DNA of 63,851 nucleotides, filler included, from Deltaproteobacteria bacterium (GCA_013151235.1; 6 parts of 6 records of this genome joined end to end with filler, not necessarily neighbours in it), one strand, 5' to 3'. Counted from the whole stretch's first letter, positions 22,287-34,655 are shown. Numbers and translations are program-made. The notes: generated from the sequence alone by a model not told the origin.

Positions 22287-22315
22287 CCCGGGCAGAGATG
22301 CCCGGGGCTTTTTTT
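22287..22315 (+). terminator. intrinsic terminator
   Basis: CCCGGGCA/TGCCCGGG stem plus T7. Confidence 0.7.
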
Positions 22316-22330
22316 GTGTGCGCCCGGGGT

Positions 22331-24244
22331 TTACGAACAGGACCACCCGGAGGGGAAAGAGTTCTCCTCTTCCGTCCCGGTGAAAAGATTCCGTGCCAGA
22401 AGGACCGATTCAAGATCTCCGTAGAGTGCGATGATATCATCGAGATAAAGACGGGTTTTCCCGTGGGGGATGATGGTCCCGTTCGCCCGTTTGATAAAGA
22501 GGATCAGACTGTTCCCCGGAAGACGGATCTGGTTCAAAGCCTTGCCGCTGAGGGCGGCGTTTTGCAGGGCGACTTCCTCGATTTCGTTGGCCGACTCCTC
22601 CTGAAGCAGCACATCAAATACGTTGGGCCGGAGGATCAGATTCTCTATGGCCAGGGTCCCCTGGCGGGCAAAATCGACGGTCCGGATCTCCATTTCCTTA
22701 TATTCCCCGGCAAAATCCTCATCGGAGATCCGTGCAATGATCCGCTCCACCTCGAAGAGATCCCGGGCAAGCCGTGCAATCCGGAGATTCACGGTATCCT
22801 CCCGGGCCGTAAGAATCAGTACATCTTCGGGATAGATACCGGTCAGGGCCAGGAAGTCGGGATCGGTCCCATCGCCCAGCAAGACCTTGATTCCCAGCCG
22901 CTGCGCCTCCTGAAAGAGGCGGAGATCCTTTTCCAGGAGAAAGACGGGCAGTCCCCGCTCCTGCAGGCGGCGGGCGAGGTCCAGACCGACGCGGCCCGCT
23001 CCGACAATCTGGATATAACGGGCGGGACGGACCTCCCGTTTCATCAATGCATGGAAGATCAGCGGGGAGGCGACACAGGTGACAAGGGCCATGATCACAA
23101 TGGCGGAGTTCAACGCCGGAGAGATCGCCCCCATTTCAAGGCCGATGGCCGCCGCCGCGACGATCAGACTCAGCCGGGAGGAGAGGAGCGCCCCACCGGC
23201 AAGGGTCTCCTTCCAGGAGAAGCGGACCTTAAGGATCAAGGCGGAGAGAAAATTGACGCCGTAGGCCATGAGGATCAGGACCCCGACCAGAAGCGGCCCG
23301 GCCGTGGAGGCGGTGAGCGCCCCGAGATCGAAATTGACTCCGACCATAATAAAGAAGATGGGGATGAAAAATCCGTAGCCGATGGCGTCAAGTTTCAACT
23401 GCAGGTTCGGGATCTCCCCCCGTGAAATTTTCGAGACCAGCGCCCCGGCGAGGAACGAGCCGAGGATCACCTCCGCCCCCAGACTCTGGGCCAGAACGAC
23501 AAAGATCAGCATCAGGGCGAAGACCCCCCGTACCCGGATCTGCGAGGTGGCGTGGGCCAGATCAATAAAGATCCGCCGGACGGCCGTCTTGTTCTGCAAA
23601 TAGTGGTTGATCTTGTCCGCAGCAAGCACGGCAAGGAAGAGGAATCCCACCAGGAGGAGCTTCGGATCCCAACCCGTGGTATAGAAGATGAACCCGAGGG
23701 TCAGCAAGATCACCGTGATCAGATCGGCGATGATGGAACAGGAGAGGATCACCTGCCCGAAATCCTTCTCCAGGTATCCCTGCTCTTTGAGGACCAGCAG
23801 GACGACCCCAACGGACGTGGTCGAGAGAATCAGGGTCATGAGCCAGATTTGCCGAATCAGGCCGGCCCGATAGAGGAGAAAGGACAGGGCCGTGGCGATC
23901 AACAATCGCAGCACGAAAATGGCCAGGCTCTGGTAGAGGGGAACGGTAAAACAGTACCGGGGACTCCAGCGATGGTCCGGTCCTTTCTTTCGGGGCCGCA
24001 TCCATTCGACATCGATCTCTAATCCCGACAGAAACATCAGGTAGGCAAAACCGAAATGATAGAGAAAACTCAACCACGGACCGGCCTCGATCAGATTCAA
24101 ACCGCTCTTCCCGATGATGATCCCGCAGAGGATTTCACCCACCATGGCCGGAATGAGAAATTTCCGGAACGAAGAAGTCAGGATCGGAACGAAAAAGGCC
24201 AGCAGTGTAATCATCAGTAACGGTGCAAAATGCATCGGTTCCAT
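22331..24244 (-). CDS. CPA2 cation:proton antiporter with TrkA-N/TrkA-C domains
   Basis: About 12 TM, FLSGLEID, GFFIPIFF; C-terminal IVGAGRVG and IPHGKT. Confidence 0.9.
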   Translation of the reverse strand: MEPMHFAPLLMITLLAFFVPILTSSFRKFLIPAMVGEILCGIIIGKSGLNLIEAGPWLSFLYHFGFAYLMFLSGLEIDVEWMRPRKKGPDHRWSPRYCFTVPLYQSLAIFVLRLLIATALSFLLYRAGLIRQIWLMTLILSTTSVGVVLLVLKEQGYLEKDFGQVILSCSIIADLITVILLTLGFIFYTTGWDPKLLLVGFLFLAVLAADKINHYLQNKTAVRRIFIDLAHATSQIRVRGVFALMLIFVVLAQSLGAEVILGSFLAGALVSKISRGEIPNLQLKLDAIGYGFFIPIFFIMVGVNFDLGALTASTAGPLLVGVLILMAYGVNFLSALILKVRFSWKETLAGGALLSSRLSLIVAAAAIGLEMGAISPALNSAIVIMALVTCVASPLIFHALMKREVRPARYIQIVGAGRVGLDLARRLQERGLPVFLLEKDLRLFQEAQRLGIKVLLGDGTDPDFLALTGIYPEDVLILTAREDTVNLRIARLARDLFEVERIIARISDEDFAGEYKEMEIRTVDFARQGTLAIENLILRPNVFDVLLQEESANEIEEVALQNAALSGKALNQIRLPGNSLILFIKRANGTIIPHGKTRLYLDDIIALYGDLESVLLARNLFTGTEEENSFPSGWSCS

Positions 24245-24387
24245 TGTTTTCCCTGTTGATTCCCGCCGGTTATGAATTTCCCCTATGATAGCATAGCAAA
24301 AACTTTTTGAATATAGTTGACAATAAACCTGAAAACGGGTTATGTATAACAAATTTTTATTCATAATAAACTGATGAGGATTTCATT

Positions 24388-24900
24388 ATGGCCATTCAGA
24401 AAGATTCACACGTCACCATGGAATACACCCTGACCCTCGAATCGGGTGAACAGATCGACCGGTCCGATCCGGACCGGCCGTTGCAATTTCTCTGCGGTTA
24501 CAGCCAGATCATCCCCGGCCTGGAGAAGGAGTTGATCGGAAAGAACGAAAATGAATCTTTTCAGGTCAAGGTCCCCTCGGAGGAGGGATATGGACCCTAC
24601 CAGGAGGAACTCCTCCAGAAAATTCCCCTCACGCAGTTCCCGGAAAAGATCGAACTGAAAGTGGGGATGAGTTTTCAGACCCGCTCCCCGCAGGGGCTTC
24701 CCATGACCTTCGTCATTAAAGAGATCGAAAAGGATTCGGCGGTTGTCGATCTCAACCATCCCCTTGCCGGCAAAACCCTCATCTTCGATATTGCCATCAA
24801 GGGTGTTCGGGCAGGCACACCGGAGGAAATCGAAGCGGTCAAAAATCCCTCCTGCGGATCCGACGGATCGAGTTGCGGCAGTGGGTGTAGCTGCGGCTGA
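24388..24900 (+). CDS. slyD: FKBP-type PPIase, SlyD family
   Basis: IIPGLEKEL, VDLNHPLAGKTL, Cys-rich tail. Confidence 0.9.
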   Translation: MAIQKDSHVTMEYTLTLESGEQIDRSDPDRPLQFLCGYSQIIPGLEKELIGKNENESFQVKVPSEEGYGPYQEELLQKIPLTQFPEKIELKVGMSFQTRSPQGLPMTFVIKEIEKDSAVVDLNHPLAGKTLIFDIAIKGVRAGTPEEIEAVKNPSCGSDGSSCGSGCSCG

Positions 24901-24927
24901 AGGGAACGGAAAAGCTGTTTTCAGATG

Positions 24928-24958
24928 ACGGCGCAGCTTGAAGCTGCGCCGTTTTTTT
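24928..24958 (+). terminator. intrinsic terminator
   Basis: ACGGCGCAGCTT/AAGCTGCGCCGT stem plus T run. Confidence 0.75.
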
Positions 24959-25069
24959 GAGCCTCTCCGAAACAAATTCTCCTTGCGAAACCCCTGCCCT
25001 CCATGATAATTTTTCGCCGTATTGCATTTCCCGAAGATCCTTGGCGGTAACATTTCCGGAGGAGGCAGA

Positions 25070-26596
25070 ATGGCCCCTGCGCCCAAATCCCGCGGTCAAT
25101 GGAATTCCCGCACCGGTTTCATCCTGGCGGCCATCGGTTCCGCCGTCGGACTCGGCAACATCTGGCGTTTCTCCTATCTCGCCTACGACAACGGGGGCGG
25201 CGCCTTTCTCATCCCCTATCTCATTGCCCTGGTCACAGCGGGTATTCCCCTGTTGATCCTCGAATTCGGGATCGGTCACGAACGGATCGGATCGGCACCG
25301 CTGGCATTCGCCAAGCTGAGAAAACACTGGGAATGGCTCGGCTGGTGGCCGGTCATCTTCGTCATGTTCGGCATCGTCCTCTACTATTCCGTGATTATCG
25401 CCTGGTGTGTCGACTATGTCTTCTACGCCTTCAAGCTCTCCTGGGGGAACGATCCGAACGCCTTCTTCTATAAATCCTTTCTTCATCTCAGCAAATCCCC
25501 CTCCGAAGTCGGGAGCATCCAGACCCCCATCCTGTGGGCGCTGGTATTCGTCTGGGGTATAAGCTGGGTGATCATTCAGCGGGGGGTCAGCCGGGGAATC
25601 GAACTGGCGAACCGGATCTTCATGCCTCTTCTCCTGATTTTGACCCTCTTCCTCGTTTTCTGGTCGGTCCGACTCGACGGCGCCTCCATCGGGATTGCCG
25701 CCTACCTCCACCCTGATTTTTCGAAGCTGGCGGAGCCGAAGGTCTGGATCAACGCCTACGGCCAGATCTTCTTCACCCTGAGCCTCGGTTTCGGCATCAT
25801 GATCGCCTACGCCAGTTACCTCCCCTACAAGACCGATATTACCGGCAGCGCCGTGATTACGGCGCTCACGAATTGCGGTTTTTCGCTGATTGCCGGATTC
25901 GGCGTCTTCTCCGTCCTCGGTTTCATGTCCCGGAGCCAACACTTGCCCATCGACAAAGTCGTCACCAAGAGTATCGGGCTGGCCTTTGTCGCCTATCCCA
26001 AGGCGATCTCTCTCATGGGACCGGCCGGCCCGATCTTCGGCGCCGTCTTCTTTACCAGTCTTGTCGTCGCCGGGCTTTCTTCGGCCGTCTCCATTGTGGA
26101 GGCCTTTACCTCGGCCGTGGTGGACAAGTTCGGGATGAACCGGAAGGTTCTTGCCACCCTGCTTTCCATCACCGGTTTTCTGGGCGGGATCATCTTCACC
26201 ACCCAGGGAGGACTCTTCTGGCTTGACATCGTTGATCACTTTCTCAATGCTTACGGACTCGTGGTCGTAGGACTTCTCGAATGCATCGTCGTCGGCTGGA
26301 TCTTCCGGCTGGAGACGATCCGCAAGCACCTGAACAAGGTCTCAAATCTCCGCCTTGGCCTCTGGTGGAACTGGATGATCAAGTTTCTCCTGCCGGGGGT
26401 CCTGACCGTCATCATGATCAACCAGCTCACCGAAGAAGTCACCAAGCCTTACGGCGACTATAGCTGGGCCAGTCTCATCTCCATCGGCTGGAACTGGGTC
26501 GGCATCACCTTCCTTCTTTCCTTCATCTTTGCCGTTCAACCCTGGCGCACCCGGGCGAACCTGGAAAAAGGGCGCAGCGACGGTGAACCGGAATGA
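25070..26596 (+). CDS. NSS-family sodium-dependent transporter
   Basis: GSAVGLGNIWRF, GGGAFLIPY, QIFFTLSLGFG. Confidence 0.95.
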   Translation: MAPAPKSRGQWNSRTGFILAAIGSAVGLGNIWRFSYLAYDNGGGAFLIPYLIALVTAGIPLLILEFGIGHERIGSAPLAFAKLRKHWEWLGWWPVIFVMFGIVLYYSVIIAWCVDYVFYAFKLSWGNDPNAFFYKSFLHLSKSPSEVGSIQTPILWALVFVWGISWVIIQRGVSRGIELANRIFMPLLLILTLFLVFWSVRLDGASIGIAAYLHPDFSKLAEPKVWINAYGQIFFTLSLGFGIMIAYASYLPYKTDITGSAVITALTNCGFSLIAGFGVFSVLGFMSRSQHLPIDKVVTKSIGLAFVAYPKAISLMGPAGPIFGAVFFTSLVVAGLSSAVSIVEAFTSAVVDKFGMNRKVLATLLSITGFLGGIIFTTQGGLFWLDIVDHFLNAYGLVVVGLLECIVVGWIFRLETIRKHLNKVSNLRLGLWWNWMIKFLLPGVLTVIMINQLTEEVTKPYGDYSWASLISIGWNWVGITFLLSFIFAVQPWRTRANLEKGRSDGEPE

Positions 26597-26696
26597 CCGG
26601 AATGTGATCCGGATCACTGTCCGGGAAGGAAGATCTCTGTTACAATGGGAAACAATAGTCGGCGATTTCTTTAAGAATCCATACCGGGAGGATTTC

Positions 26697-26834
26697 ATGT
26701 CGGAAGAGAAGAAAGTCTGTTTTGTCTGTGGAAATGATGAAGATGCGAACGTTCTGCTCCCCTGCCGGACGGAGGGGAAGGATCTGTGGGTTTGTGTGAG
26801 GTGTCTGCCGCCGCTTATCCACGGCCAACATTAA
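26697..26834 (+). CDS. 45-aa putative zinc-binding small protein
   Basis: GGGAGG RBS; CFVC...CVRC motifs. Confidence 0.65.
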   Translation: MSEEKKVCFVCGNDEDANVLLPCRTEGKDLWVCVRCLPPLIHGQH

Positions 26835-26871
26835 AAAGCATCTTCCACAAATTCCCCATCTGCCCCTTCGA

Positions 26872-26968
26872 TATATTCCGTTCTTGCGGTTCGGTCGGCT
26901 CACCATGCCCGGAAAGTTTAATGGACCGTTCGTGGTGAGCTTGTCGAACCATGAACGGAATCCGGAGG
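26872..26968. repeat. REP-like internal module of the MITE family without TIRs
   Basis: TTTAATGGACCGTTCGTGGTGAGCTTGTCGAACCATGAACGGAATCCGGA, near-identical to the right part of the 44807-45135 copy. Confidence 0.75.
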
Positions 26969-26980
26969 GTTGATGTAATC

Positions 26981-27370
26981 ATGTTTTTTGCCCGCTCAAA
27001 AACCGATGAGGAAAAGATCAAAAAGGACATCCGTGTCCTGGCCGATCTGACCGAGGTCTACTGCAAAAAGAAACATGCCGGGGCGGAACGCACCCCCATC
27101 ATCGCAAAGGGGAGGATCTCCGGCTATGGTGATTTGCTGAAAGTCTCCCTCTGTCCCGACTGTACAAAACTGGTTCTTCACGGTGCCGTGAAACGGATTC
27201 AATGCCCCATGAACCCCAAACCGGAGTGCAGGAGATGCCCCGAGCACTGTTATCACCCGCGGTATCGGGACCAGGTCCGGGAAGTCATGCGTTTTGCCTG
27301 GCGTTATCTCCTCTTGCGGGGACGGATCGACCTCGTTTTCAAACACCTGTACGGCCGGGGAGGTCCTTAA
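26981..27370 (+). CDS. YgbA (nitrous oxide-stimulated promoter family) protein
   Basis: YCKKKH, LCPDC..L, CP...KPEC..CP.HCY, VMRFA. Confidence 0.8.
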   Translation: MFFARSKTDEEKIKKDIRVLADLTEVYCKKKHAGAERTPIIAKGRISGYGDLLKVSLCPDCTKLVLHGAVKRIQCPMNPKPECRRCPEHCYHPRYRDQVREVMRFAWRYLLLRGRIDLVFKHLYGRGGP

Positions 27371-27577
27371 ATAATTAAATGACGGAATCTCCCAAAGAAG
27401 AACCATTCTCTTAAAAGGATAGGGGGTGGGGACTTTCTCAATATTTTCTTGACTTTTTTCCCGGGTCACTGTATTTTCAGTACACTTTTTGGACCGATTT
27501 TGTCGTGAAATAGCTGGGAAATGAGGTTCGCAGAATAAATATTATGTAATCAGCGCAATATCTTGCAGTATTACCGA

Positions 27578-27653
<76 letters not shown>

Positions 27654-27662
27654 TAAAACAAG

Positions 27663-27697
27663 AAAGTCCCCCCTTTTGTGGGGGACTTTTTGTTTTT
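27663..27697 (+). terminator. intrinsic terminator after tRNA-Asn
   Basis: AAAGTCCCCC/GGGGGACTTT stem plus T run. Confidence 0.75.
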
Positions 27698-27736
27698 GTG
27701 TTCTCCGTAGACGGCGAGAACAGGAGAGGAAGTGCC

Positions 27737-27800
27737 GTGAAGAGGTGGTGGTTGTACATCATTGATAGAAGGGGGAGATATTACACGGGGATCACAAGGG
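27737..27800 (+). pseudogene. GIY-YIG nuclease N-terminal remnant
   Basis: RBS plus GTG; WWLYII.....YYTGIT, then homology stops where the convergent PIN gene ends. Confidence 0.55.
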
Positions 27801-27807
27801 TCGCGGG

Positions 27808-28326
27808 TCAATCAATCTTTTTTTTGATGAGATGGGTGAATCGCGTGAGGATTTTCGGAGTGATATGTTTGGGGTTGGCCTGATGAATTTTGCCGGCGAT
27901 GTTGATGGCGTCGTCGGCCGGAAGACCGCCGGAGCGGTGCAACTCGGCCAGCAACTGCAAGCCCCACAGAAGAGGCACCTTCTCTTTTTTGCAGAGCGTT
28001 CGCAAATTCTTGTCGTTGGTCACACACGAGAAACCATATCGCTTGGCTGCAAGGAGGCATAACCGGTCCTGGAACGATGTCGGCCCGGTTTGGCCGGCAG
28101 CAGTGTAGGCGTCTTCGATTTCAGGCTCGAAAATAACCAATCCGAGATCGACGATCTCATGTTCGTCTTCGATTTCGTTAACTTCATCGAGAACCGGACT
28201 GGCCACATGGAGCGGTCCCACATGTTTTACCACAAGTTGGAGAATAGACCGGTCTGCCTTGAGGAAATCGATCAGGACGCAGGCATCCATGATCATTGCC
28301 TTGTGAGTCTCCGGATGCTTCGTCAC
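27808..28326 (-). CDS. PIN-domain protein
   Basis: IMDACVLIDF, V.DE, SFQD..CL..A, VTNDKNLR. Confidence 0.8.
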   Translation of the reverse strand: MTKHPETHKAMIMDACVLIDFLKADRSILQLVVKHVGPLHVASPVLDEVNEIEDEHEIVDLGLVIFEPEIEDAYTAAGQTGPTSFQDRLCLLAAKRYGFSCVTNDKNLRTLCKKEKVPLLWGLQLLAELHRSGGLPADDAINIAGKIHQANPKHITPKILTRFTHLIKKKID

Positions 28327-28458
28327 AGAACCGTCTCCCAGTTCTGCAGGAGGTCTTGCATCTCCTCAATGCTGATGCCGAGCATCTCTGCGCCCCGGCT
28401 GAGCGAGATTTTGTCCTTCTCGACGGCTTCCATGACCAGCCGACTTAAACGGTCTTCC
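28323..28458 (-). CDS. C-terminal fragment of a probable HTH-ImmA/IrrE metallopeptidase
   Basis: EDRLSRLVMEAVEKDKISLSRGAEMLGISIEEM..W*, a typical tail of XRE-IrrE fusions; GTGA overlap with the PIN gene; 5' cut by contig end. Confidence 0.55.
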
Positions 28459-28558
28459 NNNNNNNNNNNNNNNNNNNNNNNNNNNNNNNNNNNNNNNNNN
28501 NNTTAATTAATTAANNNNNNNNNNNNNNNNNNNNNNNNNNNNNNNNNNNNNNNNNNNN
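28459..28558. other. artificial contig linker
   Basis: N run with TTAATTAATTAA. Confidence 0.99.
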
Positions 28559-28559
28559 C

Positions 28560-29342
28560 ACTGGAGAGGTCTCAAAATATAAACTTTGTTTTGACGACAA
28601 GAAACGTGATGCTCAAAAAAAGAAAGGTATATATATTGCTTGTGGGTATGATTGTGGGCAGCGTGATGGTATGAAATACGGAAAAGTTAAAGAAAATCTA
28701 TACAAATTTCTATTCCCTGTTGAAGAACAAGGAGAGTATAAGTACTGTGACTTATATGCAGGCAAGGAGGCGGGCGACGGGAGTAATCAGCCAAAGGTTC
28801 ATATTGCCTTTTATGGTTGGTCTTATAACAATTTTTATTGGACATTTGTGCCAGCAAAGCAGTTGCCCTATACGCAAGTACTGGATATCCCTAAGTTTCG
28901 TGGTTATGTGAATGATTATGCAGATATGATTTCGCCCTCAGCAGAGCAGGAACTTAAAAAAAAGCTGAGCGCGTTCGAACAACAAGATTCAACACAAATC
29001 GTTATCTTGACAATTCCATCTCTTCACGGAGATGCGATGGATGAATTCAGCCTTAAAGTTGCTAATAAATGGAAGATAGGCCAAAGAGGGAAAGATAATG
29101 GTATCCTTTTTGTCGTTTCGAAACAGGACAAAAAGATGCGTATTGAAGTAGGGAAAGGATTAGAAGCGAGACTACCTAATCCCGCCGTTGGCAAGCTGAT
29201 TAACCGGATTATCAAGCCGAAGTTTTCCAGCGGTGACTTCGATGGCGGGTTTATTGCGGGTGCTTCTGCTCTGATAGATGCAACAAAAGGGGCTTATACG
29301 GCTGCAGCACAACATCGCGCAGTGACGGTTAATGGTCACTGA
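28560..29342 (+). CDS. TPM-domain protein, 5' partial
   Basis: VNDYADMIS, STQIVILTI, WKIGQRGKDNGIL, RIEVGKGLE; frame is open to the contig start; AT-rich. Confidence 0.75.
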   Translation, partial: TGEVSKYKLCFDDKKRDAQKKKGIYIACGYDCGQRDGMKYGKVKENLYKFLFPVEEQGEYKYCDLYAGKEAGDGSNQPKVHIAFYGWSYNNFYWTFVPAKQLPYTQVLDIPKFRGYVNDYADMISPSAEQELKKKLSAFEQQDSTQIVILTIPSLHGDAMDEFSLKVANKWKIGQRGKDNGILFVVSKQDKKMRIEVGKGLEARLPNPAVGKLINRIIKPKFSSGDFDGGFIAGASALIDATKGAYTAAAQHRAVTVNGH

Positions 29343-29464
29343 AATCCCAAATCCAGCGGTAGAAAAGAACTCCTGGGGGTCAGACTTCGCTAATTCTATA
29401 TTTTACTTGCTCCCTTCTCCAAAAGTTTATAGGAGGCAAGAGGGCCTTTCAGGAAGCCAAGGCC

Positions 29465-31078
29465 TTTACGGGCTGTTGCCCAAACGCATTAATTCGAGCA
29501 GGAGTTAGCTGATCATTGTTCCTGCAAGTTTGCTTTCCACAATCCTTTCTCTTCAGCTCGAACAGGGATAAGAAATGGGGCTGGTAATAATGAAGTTCCC
29601 TTTTTCGATTGTGCGATAAGCATAGCTTTTGCTCCCTGTTTCAGCGGACTTTTGCCGTACTTGATCAGCTTCTGAATGTTTTGTATGGCCGCTGTGAGAT
29701 ATTCCTGAATGCCGACACGCCATAGCCCTCTCCATCTGGCACGATCAAACTCATACGGTTTGCCATTCGCAAAGGACCTCTCCATCAAATGTTGTCGTGT
29801 CTTGATGTCCTTTTGGGATGGGGATGATTCCGTGACGGCAAGCATCTCTATAAGGTCATCATGACGAAGATGCCGCTTGACGGTACGGCCTGTTTTGCTC
29901 CGTGTGCATTGGGGACGAAGTACACAGGCTGTGCAGTCCTTCCGGGCCGCCTTGTAGTCCCGACTTTGACGTTTCTTGTTTACGGTTCGGGGAATGAGTG
30001 TCTTTCCCGCCGGACAGCGATAGGTGTTGGTTTCTTCTTGATAGGCAAAACAATGGTCCGGAAAAATCCCTTCCCGGGATGAACTGTTTGCGTGCTTTTT
30101 ACGCAGGGTCGGCATATGAGGTGCAACGCCTCTGTCCTTGCAGGCCAGCAAGTTCTGAATGGTACCGTATTTGCTGTCAGCTACGATTGTGTCTGCCTGA
30201 ACTCTTGTATTCTCCTGATGGGTGTCCAGCAAAGAGATCATCCGGTGGGCTTCGTTGACATGACCGGGGGTTACTTCAATAGCGGTAATGATCTCGGCTA
30301 CCGGATCTACGGCCCGGTGGGTCTGATAGCCAAGACGAGGGGTGCCTCGCTTCACGATTGAGGCCTCGGGGTCGGTGGTCGAGACATAGCGCTGATTCAC
30401 TTCTTGGGTCGACTTGCCCGCTGTTGGAGGATCTTCCTCCCGGTCGGACAATCTCTTCTCCAATTCAGGGTAGCCCTTCTTCAGATGCTTTTTCAGGGAG
30501 TGGGTGTCTACGACCGAATTGTTGGATGCATCTGCATCAATCAGACTGGAGTCGACAAAGATCTTTTTGCCGTCCACAAGGCCCACCTCGACACACTGCC
30601 AGACGATCCGTTCAAAAAAACTCTTGAAGGTTTCCACGCCCCACTTCTTTCTGGCTTTGGATAGGACACTGTGGTTCGGGATCTTGGAGTCCAGATTATA
30701 CCCCAGAAACCAGAGCCAATCTAACCGTTCAGGAAGCGTCCCCATCAACTCTCGCTCGGAGCGAACGTTGTAGAGCACCAGGAGCAGCATCAGCTTCAAA
30801 ATAATAGGGGGAGCTACGGAGATATTACCGTTACTTCCGTATTTGTCCCGGACTTCCTGATAGATAAACTCAAAGTCGATCAAGTTATCTATCTTTCTCA
30901 AGGGGTGGTTTTTACGAATTCTTTGGTCGAGATTAAATCCGGTGTAAAACAAGCTGGGTTGCGGAGGCGGTTGGTGGCCCATCATAAGTGTAGATCTTCT
31001 TTCTGCTTGTGTTCTTGGTTGCACAAATATACCATGGATCCTGGCTTAATTAAAGAGATTGGGGCAGCAGCCCGTAAA
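29465..31078 (-). mobile_element. IS1182-family insertion sequence
   Basis: Terminal IR TTTACGGGCTGTTGCCC / GGGCAGCAGCCCGTAAA enclosing a DDE transposase. Confidence 0.85.
29513..30985 (-). CDS. IS1182-family transposase
   Basis: HPLRKID, SERELM, PNHSVLS, VDSSLIDADAS, STTDPEA, ADSKYG, CPAG, C..C.LR..CT, ERSFA. Confidence 0.9.
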   Translation of the reverse strand: MMGHQPPPQPSLFYTGFNLDQRIRKNHPLRKIDNLIDFEFIYQEVRDKYGSNGNISVAPPIILKLMLLLVLYNVRSERELMGTLPERLDWLWFLGYNLDSKIPNHSVLSKARKKWGVETFKSFFERIVWQCVEVGLVDGKKIFVDSSLIDADASNNSVVDTHSLKKHLKKGYPELEKRLSDREEDPPTAGKSTQEVNQRYVSTTDPEASIVKRGTPRLGYQTHRAVDPVAEIITAIEVTPGHVNEAHRMISLLDTHQENTRVQADTIVADSKYGTIQNLLACKDRGVAPHMPTLRKKHANSSSREGIFPDHCFAYQEETNTYRCPAGKTLIPRTVNKKRQSRDYKAARKDCTACVLRPQCTRSKTGRTVKRHLRHDDLIEMLAVTESSPSQKDIKTRQHLMERSFANGKPYEFDRARWRGLWRVGIQEYLTAAIQNIQKLIKYGKSPLKQGAKAMLIAQSKKGTSLLPAPFLIPVRAEEKGLWKANLQEQ

Positions 31079-31214
31079 AACCTGACTCACTTCTCTGCTC
31101 TTGAGGATGATTCCGGCTTCATCGATATTCTTTGGGTACACCGATAATCATAAAGGGTCTGTTGTCGGATTTGCAAAAAGCCCATCTGTCGATGTCTGTT
31201 TATGGATCATTGTT

Positions 31215-32015
31215 TCACAGAGACGGTTTTTTCACGTCCCGGAGAAATCCGGTCTCTTCCCGGGCGGCGGCGACACGGGTCAGATCAACTTCGGCGAGAA
31301 GAATGCTCTCCTGCATGCCGATGGGATCGGCAATCAATTCTCCGTAAGGGTTGACGCAGAAGCTGTGTCCGTAGAAGTCGAGGTTTCCGTCGTGGCCGAT
31401 CCGGTTCACCCGGAAGAGGTAGAGGTTGTTGACGAAGGCGTTGGCCGAGAGGATATGAAGCCAGCGTTCTTGGGAGGCGTAGGCCGCCGCCGTCGGGGCG
31501 AAAACGATTTCGGCCCCGCTCAGGGCAAGGGTCCGGCATCCTTCGGGGAAGAAGTTGTCCCAGCAGAGCTGCACCCCGATCCGGCCGCAGGCCGTCTCGA
31601 AGACGGGGAAGCCGGAATCGCCGGGCGTAAAGTAGAATTTCTCCCGCCATTCGGGGAGATCGGGGAGATGGTTCTTCCGGTAGATCCCGGCGATCGTCCC
31701 GTCGGTGTCGAAGACGACGGCGGAGGAATAATCTCCTTTTTCACCCCGTTCATAGAACGGGCAAATGAGGACGATCTTTTCTTTTTCCGCCAGCGTGCGG
31801 AAGGGATCGAATAGGGCGTCTTCTTTTGTAACGGCGTATTTCCGGGCCTCTTCGTTTTCCTCGTGAAGAAACCAGGGAAGATGGAAGAACTGGGGGAAGC
31901 AGATGATCCGGGCGCCGCTTTCCGCCGCGTGACCAGCGAGCTGCAGGGCCTTCTTCAGGTTCGCATCGATGTGGGCGGTTGTGGTGAGCTGGATGCCTGC
32001 AACTTTGATTTTCAT
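31215..32015 (-). CDS. nitrilase-superfamily amidohydrolase (AguB/ureidopropionase-like)
   Basis: YRKNHLP, EKFYF.PG, LCWD..FPE, NRIG; the catalytic Glu position reads Gln (FPQFF). Confidence 0.85.
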   Translation of the reverse strand: MKIKVAGIQLTTTAHIDANLKKALQLAGHAAESGARIICFPQFFHLPWFLHEENEEARKYAVTKEDALFDPFRTLAEKEKIVLICPFYERGEKGDYSSAVVFDTDGTIAGIYRKNHLPDLPEWREKFYFTPGDSGFPVFETACGRIGVQLCWDNFFPEGCRTLALSGAEIVFAPTAAAYASQERWLHILSANAFVNNLYLFRVNRIGHDGNLDFYGHSFCVNPYGELIADPIGMQESILLAEVDLTRVAAAREETGFLRDVKKPSL

Positions 32016-32030
32016 TCTCCTTTCCGGCGG

Positions 32031-34655
<2,625 letters not shown>

